Positions 56,833 through 64,000 of a DNA stretch of 64,000 bases are shown piece by piece. Both the position numbers and the translations under genes were made by a program. The first letter of the stretch is position 1. The number at the start of each line of letters is the position of its first letter. Below the pieces are notes generated by a model. The model did not search any database and was not told the DNA's origin. It saw only the letters and a list, made by a program, of their open reading frames with translations. The DNA comes from Planctomycetota bacterium (GTDB lineage: Bacteria; Planctomycetota; B15-G4), in assembly GCA_038212275.1 (NCBI GenBank), contig JBBQUR010000009.1, positions 128,001 through 192,000 of the forward strand, in the 5' to 3' direction.

Positions 56833-57894
56833 TCAGAACTCGTAGCCGAGGATGAGGAAGATCTGCGCGTTGGGTGACTCGCCGCCGACGCCGACGAGCG
56901 GCGCGAAGTCGATGTGCGTGCGCTTGAACGGGCGGTACTGGAAGCTCGGGCCGATGAAGAACTCGTCGGTGAATTCGCTGCGGTCTTCCTCGGCATTGAT
57001 GCGCTGGGCCTTGAATTCGGCGCCCACCGAGAAGACCTCGTCGGTGATGGTCTTCGAGATGCCGTAGGTGAACTGCAGCTCGCGCTCCTGGTCGCCGGTG
57101 GTCTGTTGCTCGCACGAGAAGTTGGCGCTCCAGTGCCAGCTGGGCGCGAGCTGGTCGGCGAACAGCAGCTTGCCCTCCCAGGCGTCCGGCTCCGAATAAT
57201 TGTTGATCCACTCCAGGTAGGCGGTGGGATTGCCCCAGATCTTGCCCCAGTCCGCGAACGCATAGCGGAGCTCGATCTGCTGCCCGTTCATGTCGAAGGG
57301 CACCCAGTTGCCCTCGTTCTGCGCCTTCAGATAGAAGTCGAGCTGGAAGCGATGCGGCAGGCCGATCTCGACCTCGTACAGGTTGCGGATCTTCGTGTCG
57401 CCGTGCTTCGGGTCGTCGATGCGAGCCCAGTACTCGACGTCGATCTCGCCCTCGGGGATCACGTAGGTGCGCACCGTGGCGAAGCGGCGGCGCGTGGTCC
57501 AGCGCGGCTGCGCATACGGGCCGACGAGTTCTTCCTCGCGCAGCTCGGGCGGCATCTCGCCGACGATCTCGATGGCCGGCATTTCCCAGGAGCGCAGGTG
57601 CGGCTCATCGTCGGAGGGCGGACGGGTCGCGTCCTGCGGGGCCGGTTGCGGGGCGTTCTGCGGGGACACGTGCGGCTGCCAGGCGAGCAGTTCCGCCGCC
57701 AGCGCGGCAAAGGTCGAGGTCGTGGACGCGGCGTCCGCGCCGGCCGCCTCGGCGAAGGGGGCGGCAGGCGGTGCGGGCGGGTTGCCGAGCGTGTCGTGAG
57801 CATGGGCCACGTCCAGGGCGCCGAGCAGGCTGAAGGCGCAGGCCATGCCGAGTCGCCACATCGCGATCGCGCCGCCGAGGGCAGTCCGCCGCAT
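56833..57894 (-). CDS. putative small outer-membrane beta-barrel protein
   Basis: signal peptide ending AHA; amphipathic strands; C-terminal FLILGYEF; start uncertain. Confidence 0.7.
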   Translation of the reverse strand: MRRTALGGAIAMWRLGMACAFSLLGALDVAHAHDTLGNPPAPPAAPFAEAAGADAASTTSTFAALAAELLAWQPHVSPQNAPQPAPQDATRPPSDDEPHLRSWEMPAIEIVGEMPPELREEELVGPYAQPRWTTRRRFATVRTYVIPEGEIDVEYWARIDDPKHGDTKIRNLYEVEIGLPHRFQLDFYLKAQNEGNWVPFDMNGQQIELRYAFADWGKIWGNPTAYLEWINNYSEPDAWEGKLLFADQLAPSWHWSANFSCEQQTTGDQERELQFTYGISKTITDEVFSVGAEFKAQRINAEEDRSEFTDEFFIGPSFQYRPFKRTHIDFAPLVGVGGESPNAQIFLILGYEF

Positions 57895-58044
57895 CGATCG
57901 CCGCGAATGGTCGATGTGCGAGGCGGCGCGCGTGTGTGCGTGGTCGGGGAAGGTCCGGAGCATGGGCGGGGTCCGCAGTCGGGTGGAGGGTCGACAATCC
58001 GTGGTAAGAGCGCGGGATCGCCGGAATCGGTTCATGGCGAGGAG

Positions 58045-58092
58045 CGGGATCGGGATCGGGAGCGGGTTCGGGTTCGGGTTCGGGATCGGGAC
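58045..58092. repeat. 6-bp tandem repeat x8 (CGGGWN) in a divergent promoter region
   Basis: cgggat cgggat cgggag cgggtt x3 cgggat cgggac. Confidence 0.9.
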
Positions 58093-58136
58093 GCGCGGGC
58101 GTCCCATTGCGCCGGGCGGGCGCTAGGGTGTCGCCG

Positions 58137-58712
58137 ATGGATCGGGCCGACATCATCACGGGAGAGCGGCTCTGGGCGCAGTCCGCGCGGCTACGCCTGC
58201 TGCTCCGGCACCTGGCCGGCGCGGCGCTGCGCGACCGCGTCGAGCTGGACGATCTCGTGCAGGAGACTTTTCTGCGCGTGCTCGCTTCGCCGGGCGGCCT
58301 GCCTGAAGCACGTGCGGTCGAGGATGCCGAGTTGTGGCGCCTGCTGGTGCACGTCGCACGGCATGTCGTCGTGGATGTGGCGCGTGCGGCGCGCGCGGCC
58401 AAGCGCGGCGGCGCGCGGTCGCTGCGACGCGCCGACTGGTCGCTGGGTGGAGTGAGCGTGAGTCAGCTTGCGGCCGCGACGGCCGGGCCGGCGACACGGG
58501 CGGTCGGGCGCGAGACCGAGGCGCAGCTCGAACGCGCCTTCATGACGTTGTCCGCCGAGCATCGGCGCGTGCTCGGTTTGCGACAGTTGCAGGGCCTGTC
58601 GGCGGAGGAGGCCGGCGCGCGCATGGGCCGCAGCGCCACCGCGGTGCACTCGCTCTATCGGCGCGCACTGCTCGCGTGGGAACAGGCGCTGACCCATGGC
58701 GTGAGCGGGTGA
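58137..58712 (+). CDS. ECF sigma-70 family factor
   Basis: region 2 DDLVQETFLRV; region 4 HRRVLGLRQLQGLSAEEAGARMGRSATAVHSLYRRA. Confidence 0.85.
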   Translation: MDRADIITGERLWAQSARLRLLLRHLAGAALRDRVELDDLVQETFLRVLASPGGLPEARAVEDAELWRLLVHVARHVVVDVARAARAAKRGGARSLRRADWSLGGVSVSQLAAATAGPATRAVGRETEAQLERAFMTLSAEHRRVLGLRQLQGLSAEEAGARMGRSATAVHSLYRRALLAWEQALTHGVSG

Positions 58713-58722
58713 GCGGCTGACT

Positions 58723-59238
58723 TCAGGGCTGGAGGCTCTCGAACATTTCGTGCACTGCCAGGTCGATGCGGACCCGCGTGGTCTCCAGCGGAAACACCTG
58801 CCTGGCGGTCGAGCGCGCCGAGCCGCGCCAGACGAGCGCGTTCGTGGAGGTGTGGAAGATCTCCACCAGCAGCGAGCCCTCCGTCACGATCGGGTCGTCG
58901 ACGGGATCCGGCACGTGACCTTGCGCGGCCTCGGCTTGCGCGCGCGTGGCGACCACGTCGCACTCGACGCGCAGGGCGCCGCCGGCCGCCACCTCCACGA
59001 GTCCCAGAGCCTGCAGCTCCCGGTTGACGGCCTCGCGAACCAGCGCCTGCACGGCCGTGTCGTCGCCCGACCACGTGCCCGTCGTGTCCACGACATGAGC
59101 GGAGGACTCCGACCATTGATACGTCTGCACCGCGCGCAGGTCGATGTCCGCGAACTTGCGCGACTTGACCGTGATGTCGGTGTGGAGCGATGAACAGGCG
59201 CTTGCGACGAGCAGCAGCAGCGGAAGGATGTTGCGCAC
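58723..59238 (-). CDS. DUF4136-like lipoprotein
   Basis: lipobox ASAC; TYQW, EGSLLVEIF...LVWRG...AVHEMFE. Confidence 0.8.
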   Translation of the reverse strand: MRNILPLLLLVASACSSLHTDITVKSRKFADIDLRAVQTYQWSESSAHVVDTTGTWSGDDTAVQALVREAVNRELQALGLVEVAAGGALRVECDVVATRAQAEAAQGHVPDPVDDPIVTEGSLLVEIFHTSTNALVWRGSARSTARQVFPLETTRVRIDLAVHEMFESLQP

Positions 59239-59455
59239 GGAAGAGCTCCGAGATCGGGAGGAGGCTCGGCAGCGTGTCCGGCCCCGCGCGAGCATAGGAC
59301 ACGCCGGCGCTGCGGCCCACCGGCTGCTCGCGTGGCGATCCTGCCGACACCGCGAAAGCACATCACGCCTGTCACGCGGCCGCAGGGATTCCGATGCAGC
59401 AACGAGGCGCCAGACTCGGCGCCCGTCACTATGAACCAGCATTCGGAGCCACACG

Positions 59456-60556
59456 ATGTCATCGTTCCCCGTCCGTCCGCCCCGCCGATTCTCGCTGTCC
59501 CGCGTGCTGACAGCCGCCGTCGGCGTCGCCGCCTCGGCCGGTGTCTGCCTGGCCGCGGCCTCGCTGCTGCCGGCACTCGACCTGACGAGCTGGACGCAGT
59601 TCGATCCCGACAACGACTGGAACGTGTCCTTTCCCACGGCGACGAGCCTGCGCATGACCGAGCAGGTCACCAGCTCGTCGGTGCATCCGGGCTGGGTGGT
59701 GAGCGACTTCAACCTTGCGCCCGTCGTCACCGTCGAGTTCGACCTCGGCGTCACGGCCGGCACAAGCGATGACGATCTCATCGGCTTCGGCTTCTCGTGG
59801 CTCGACGGCAGTCACTCGTGGCTCATGGACTGGAAGAAGAACACCCAGACCTTCAACTGGGGCCAGCCAGTGCCCGTCAACGACGACGTCGCCGAGCAAG
59901 GCCTCAAGATCAAGCGGATCAACGGCTCCTATTCATGGGACGGCCTGTGGGGAGGCCAGGATGGTCTCGGTGTGAGCACCATCGCCGGCCCGGCGGGCGG
60001 AGCCTGGGTCGCGGGCACCGTCTATCACTTCGTGATGAACCTCTCTCCCGGCCACATCGTCGTCACGCGCAACGGCGTCGGGCTCTTCGATGTCGTCGAT
60101 CCCTCGTATCCGGGCGGCGTGGGCGCCATCGCCTGCTACGGCTTCAGCCAGGGCAACATCAACCTGTCGAACGTCTGCATCACTCCTGCACCGTGGTTCA
60201 AGCTTGGTCTCGGAAAGGTCGGCAGCGCCGGCGTCCCGCAACTCTCCGGCAACGGCACGCTGAGTGATGGCTCGCTCAACGAGATCGTGCTGACGAACGC
60301 CGCGCCGTCCGCGCCGGCGACGCTGATCTTCGGCCTGTCGGCGATCAACGCGCCGTTCAAGGGCGGCACGATGGTCCCGCAGCCCCTGCTCACGCTGGCG
60401 CTCGGAACCTCCGGCGCCGGCTCCCTGAATCTGCCGTTCACCTGGCCGGCAGGAGTGCCCGCGGGAGTCCCCATCTACTTCCAGTACTGGATCCAGGATG
60501 CGGGCGCGACGCACGGCCTGTCGGCCAGCAACGGATTGAAGGGCGTCTCGCAGTGA
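59456..60556 (+). CDS. secreted protein with thrombospondin C-terminal-like (L-lectin fold) domain and shared C-terminal domain
   Basis: signal peptide; DDDLIGFGF...WKK.TQ...GLKIK...DPSYPGG...FSQ. Confidence 0.75.
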   Translation: MSSFPVRPPRRFSLSRVLTAAVGVAASAGVCLAAASLLPALDLTSWTQFDPDNDWNVSFPTATSLRMTEQVTSSSVHPGWVVSDFNLAPVVTVEFDLGVTAGTSDDDLIGFGFSWLDGSHSWLMDWKKNTQTFNWGQPVPVNDDVAEQGLKIKRINGSYSWDGLWGGQDGLGVSTIAGPAGGAWVAGTVYHFVMNLSPGHIVVTRNGVGLFDVVDPSYPGGVGAIACYGFSQGNINLSNVCITPAPWFKLGLGKVGSAGVPQLSGNGTLSDGSLNEIVLTNAAPSAPATLIFGLSAINAPFKGGTMVPQPLLTLALGTSGAGSLNLPFTWPAGVPAGVPIYFQYWIQDAGATHGLSASNGLKGVSQ

Positions 60557-60671
60557 CGGGCTGACGGGTTCGGGCGCGCGCTCGTGCCTCATGTGGCCGA
60601 CGCGCGCGCCCGATCTCGCGGGTGCCACGCGGCAGCTGGCGCCACGAGGCAGCTGGCGGCTGCAGCGGATT

Positions 60672-61481
60672 TCAGCCGGCCGCGGCTGCGCCGCCCTTCG
60701 CCACGCCGAGTCGGCCCACGAGCGCGCCGGCGATGAGGTCGTCGGCGATGATGACCTCGGAGGCACCGGCGCGGCGCAGCAGCGCGCCGCGCTGGCTGTC
60801 GGAGCCCGTCACGGCGATCCGCAGGTTCGGGTTGAGCGAATGCGCCATGAGCGTGAGGGCGAGCTTCCGGTCCGAGTCCTCGGTCGTGACGATGATGGCG
60901 CGGGCACTGTCCACGCGGGCGCGCTCCAGCACGGCGTCCTGCGCGCCGGCATCACCGAACACCACGAGGTGGCCAAGCGCCGAGGCGGCGTCGGCCAGCG
61001 GTTTGTCCCGCTCGATGACAACCACGGCGTCGCCCGCCGCCTTCAGTCGCGTGGCGACGAGCTCGCCAAGCGCCTGGAAGCCGATGACGACGACGTGTCC
61101 GGACAGCTTCTCGAGGATGTGTTCCATGCGCCTGCTCTCTCTGTGGGCTGCGATGTCATCGCTGGACAGCATGCCGGTGAGTTTGGAAATCGCCCAGCCC
61201 GCGATGACCACGGTGAAGAACATGGCCACCAGCATGAAAATCTTCTGCCGCCTGTCGAGGGTCGAGAAGTCGCCGAGCGTGGTGATGAGGTTGGCGCTGT
61301 TCCAGAGCCCGTCGAAGGAGCGGCGGTAGAAGGGTTCGCCCGACTGGTCGAGCAGGGCCAGGCCGACGGAGCAGAACACGAGCAGCGCGAGCAGCAGTCC
61401 CAGCGTGCGCAGCGCCTGACGCCGCCACTCCTGGACGCGCAAGCGCGACCTGCGCACCTCGACGACGTGAAGGATGGGCAT
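60672..61481 (-). CDS. 2-TM ion channel with TrkA-N/RCK domain
   Basis: TM-pore-TM; HVVVIGFQALG, VVIERD, GDA, LRRAGA. Confidence 0.85.
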   Translation of the reverse strand: MPILHVVEVRRSRLRVQEWRRQALRTLGLLLALLVFCSVGLALLDQSGEPFYRRSFDGLWNSANLITTLGDFSTLDRRQKIFMLVAMFFTVVIAGWAISKLTGMLSSDDIAAHRESRRMEHILEKLSGHVVVIGFQALGELVATRLKAAGDAVVVIERDKPLADAASALGHLVVFGDAGAQDAVLERARVDSARAIIVTTEDSDRKLALTLMAHSLNPNLRIAVTGSDSQRGALLRRAGASEVIIADDLIAGALVGRLGVAKGGAAAAG

Positions 61482-61613
61482 CGGAGTTCCCGGGACAGGC
61501 CGGCCGGTCGGGCGGACGTTCCGCTCACCGCCTTGCGGCGAGCAGTCTAAGCATCCGGGCCCGTCCGCCGCGCACCTGTCTGCGGACGTTGCGATGCACT
61601 ACGCTGCTCCGCC

Positions 61614-63671
61614 ATGGGAACGTGCGGCGTGCTGGTGGTGCGGGTGGCCCTTCTCGTCGGGACGACGCTGCACCTCAGCGCCCAGGATGTGCCGGCCGCG
61701 CAGGCAGCGCAGGCCGCGCAGGCAGCGCCGGACCAGCAGGTCGCGCAGGTCGCGCAGCTTGCGCCGGGTGCCCCGGCCGAGTCGCGGGCACTGCGCATCG
61801 AGCTCGGCCCGGAGGGGCCGGCGAGCGGAGCATGCGTCCTGCCCTTCCGGGGCCAGGTTGCGCTCACTGCTTCGCGCTGCGATGAGGCCGGCCGCGTGAC
61901 GCTCGCTGATGCGGACGGCGTGGACAGCCTCGTGCTCTTCGGCCCGCCGGCGATCGCCTGCGTCGTGCCGCTGGCTCCCGATGCGACCGACGTGAGCGTG
62001 CCGCTCATCCGCCTTGCGGGCCGCGTGCTGGTGGACGGCGAGGCGCCGCGCGGGCCGATGTCACTCGGGCTCGCGCCGCTCACCGGCATGGCACGCCTCT
62101 CCGGCGAGATGCTGCGTACCTTCGGCAAGGAGCTGGTGGAAAACCTCCGCACCACGACCGATGCGCAGGGGCGCTTCGACTTCGGCCTCGTGTCCACGTC
62201 GCTGTCCGGGCGCATCGAGGGGCCGCGCGACCTCGTCTCGATGGCGCAGGACGGGGCGCGCGGTCGCGCTGACAACATGGTGGCGTTCGAGCATGCCGGC
62301 GCGGAGCTGGTGCTCGAGTTTCACGCGCTGCCGTGCCTCATCGGGCGGGTCGTCGATGCGCGGGGCGAGGCCGTGCCCGGCGCGCGTTACGAGCTGCACA
62401 CGGTGTACGACAGCCGGTGGTCGAGCGGCACCTCCGGCAGCGTGGATGCCGCGGGAGGCCTGCGCATTCCGTTGTACGACGAGGCCATGAAAGAAGGTGT
62501 CCTGCAGCTCAGCGGCCCGCCCGGGTCGGGGCGTCGGACGCTGTCCCTCAAGAAGAGTGTCGGTGACGTGAATCTCGGCGACATCGTGCTCGAGCCGTAT
62601 GCGGTGCTGCCGGTCGCTGTCCGCGATACGGAGGGGCGGCCGATCGTCGGCGCGATCGTGTACAGCCCGACCGGCTCCGCGCGCAGCGACCCGTCGGACA
62701 GCGAGGGGCGCATCCTGTTCACCGGCGTCGTCGACAGCGAGCCGCAGGTGCGTGTCGCGGCGCTGGGCTTTCAGTCGATGGACGTCCCTTCGCACGCCGC
62801 ATCGAAGCTGCCGGTGGACGTGGTGCTCCAGCGGCTCGCGACGCTGGCCATCGACGTGCGCGCGGCGGACGGAACTCCTGCCGAGAAGCTGCAGCTCCGG
62901 CTGGAATGCGACATGCCGCTCTTCGTGGACCCCGCCGCGGGTTTCGACAGGCCGCTGCAGGAGCGGCTCGGCGCGAACTCCGTGCGCGGCTGCACGGGAA
63001 CGTCGGGATGCTGCTTCGCGTCGGTCTACTTCTGCGGAGGCAGGGCGCTGCTCACCGGTCTGCGCGACGGCGTGACCATCCGTGCCTCGCTCACGGACCG
63101 CTGCGGCACGGAGCTGCGCCCGACGGAAAGCATCGTGGTGACGGACCGCGCACAGCTCACGCGCAGCTGGCAGCTCTCCCGCTCGCCGCGCGACGTGACC
63201 GTCCTCGTGCGTGCACCGGACGGTTCGCCGGTGCCGAACGCTCCCGTGGCGCCCGCGTGCGTCGACGCCGTGCTGAACGACCGGGAAGGGCGCGCCCTGC
63301 TGCACGACGTCTTCGGCGACGAACTGAGCTTCGAAGTGCGACCGCCGCCTGCGAGCGGCCTCGGCCGCACGGAGAAGCTGACGCGCAGCATCCCGCCCGA
63401 CGGCCTCATCGTCGTGGACGTGGTGCCCGCCCGCACGCTCGTCATCGAGGTGGTGGAGGAGGACGGCACGCCCGTCGACGCCACGGTGCGCCTGGACGGC
63501 TTCGGCTCATTCATCGTCGATGGTCGGCGGACGGGCCCCGGCCGCTACGAGGCCGGCGGCTACGGCGAAGGCGACGTGCGCATCACCGTGAGCGACGGCC
63601 AGCGCGCCGACGCCCGGCTGCACGACACGGCAGTTCCGGTGGCTCGCTTCGTGCTGCCGACCGTGCACTGA
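61614..63671 (+). CDS. secreted protein with carboxypeptidase-regulatory-like beta-sandwich repeats
   Basis: repeated GRVVD..G..VPGA, TTDAQGRF, VRDTEGRPIVGA, SDSEGR. Confidence 0.7.
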   Translation: MGTCGVLVVRVALLVGTTLHLSAQDVPAAQAAQAAQAAPDQQVAQVAQLAPGAPAESRALRIELGPEGPASGACVLPFRGQVALTASRCDEAGRVTLADADGVDSLVLFGPPAIACVVPLAPDATDVSVPLIRLAGRVLVDGEAPRGPMSLGLAPLTGMARLSGEMLRTFGKELVENLRTTTDAQGRFDFGLVSTSLSGRIEGPRDLVSMAQDGARGRADNMVAFEHAGAELVLEFHALPCLIGRVVDARGEAVPGARYELHTVYDSRWSSGTSGSVDAAGGLRIPLYDEAMKEGVLQLSGPPGSGRRTLSLKKSVGDVNLGDIVLEPYAVLPVAVRDTEGRPIVGAIVYSPTGSARSDPSDSEGRILFTGVVDSEPQVRVAALGFQSMDVPSHAASKLPVDVVLQRLATLAIDVRAADGTPAEKLQLRLECDMPLFVDPAAGFDRPLQERLGANSVRGCTGTSGCCFASVYFCGGRALLTGLRDGVTIRASLTDRCGTELRPTESIVVTDRAQLTRSWQLSRSPRDVTVLVRAPDGSPVPNAPVAPACVDAVLNDREGRALLHDVFGDELSFEVRPPPASGLGRTEKLTRSIPPDGLIVVDVVPARTLVIEVVEEDGTPVDATVRLDGFGSFIVDGRRTGPGRYEAGGYGEGDVRITVSDGQRADARLHDTAVPVARFVLPTVH

Positions 63672-63684
63672 CCCGACGGGTGCG

Positions 63685-64000
63685 TCAGCGCTGGAAGTTC
63701 TCGAACATGGCCTGCACCGCGAAGTCGAGGCGCACGAGAACGTCTTCACGCGAGTAGAGCGTGTCGGCCGTCGAGCGCGCGACACCGCGCCAGAGCAGGA
63801 CATCCGTGCCGGTCTCGAAGACGTCGACGATCAGGCAGCCCTCGGTGATGAGCACCGGGTCGGCGGAGCCACCGGTCGCCTTGCTGACAGCCTCGGCTTC
63901 CTCGCGGGTGCCGACGGCGGCGAGGGACACGCTGACGTCGGCGCCTGAGGTCACCCTCGTGTAGCCGGCCTGCTGCATCCGGGCGTTCACGGCATCGCGC
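63685..64000 (-). CDS. DUF4136-like protein, 5' end outside the window
   Basis: EGCLIVDVF...LLWRG...AVQAMFENF; paralogous to 58723-59238. Confidence 0.7.
   Translation of the reverse strand, partial: RDAVNARMQQAGYTRVTSGADVSVSLAAVGTREEAEAVSKATGGSADPVLITEGCLIVDVFETGTDVLLWRGVARSTADTLYSREDVLVRLDFAVQAMFENFQR

Overview
A 64 kb window of very high-GC bacterial chromosome. Protein styles (ECF sigma type, HEAT/FG-GAP/dockerin secretome, bEBP type) suggest Planctomycetota, but this is inference only. It holds about 50 credible CDSs and one tRNA-Thr(CGT); no rRNA, CRISPR array, integrase or transposase is recognisable. Housekeeping and metabolic genes include rsmG, a 2-oxoacid:ferredoxin oxidoreductase pair, nadA, zwf-pgl, a YitJ-type homocysteine methyltransferase/MTHFR, a tesA-ybbA-ybbP trio, a ferredoxin and a SufT-like protein. 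There is also a surface-polysaccharide module (flippase, deacetylase, carbamoyltransferase). Most interesting: (1) a conserved ~120-aa C-terminal domain shared by three unrelated signal-peptide proteins (FG-GAP/dockerin, matrixin protease, thrombospondin-C-like), a candidate protein sorting/secretion signal, with a possibly related domain N-terminal in two tandem paralogues; (2) a sigma54 module with two strong and one degenerate -24/-12 promoters linking a porin and SsuABC-like importer to a bEBP, an ArsM-type methyltransferase and a COG0523 GTPase; (3) a ~230-nt nested palindrome at 43115-43345 (candidate ncRNA or MITE); (4) a small plug-less beta-barrel co-transcribed with TonB; (5) back-to-back secretin and CobW gene remnants; and (6) pervasive short tandem repeats. 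All family calls are by-eye motif recognition, not database searches.
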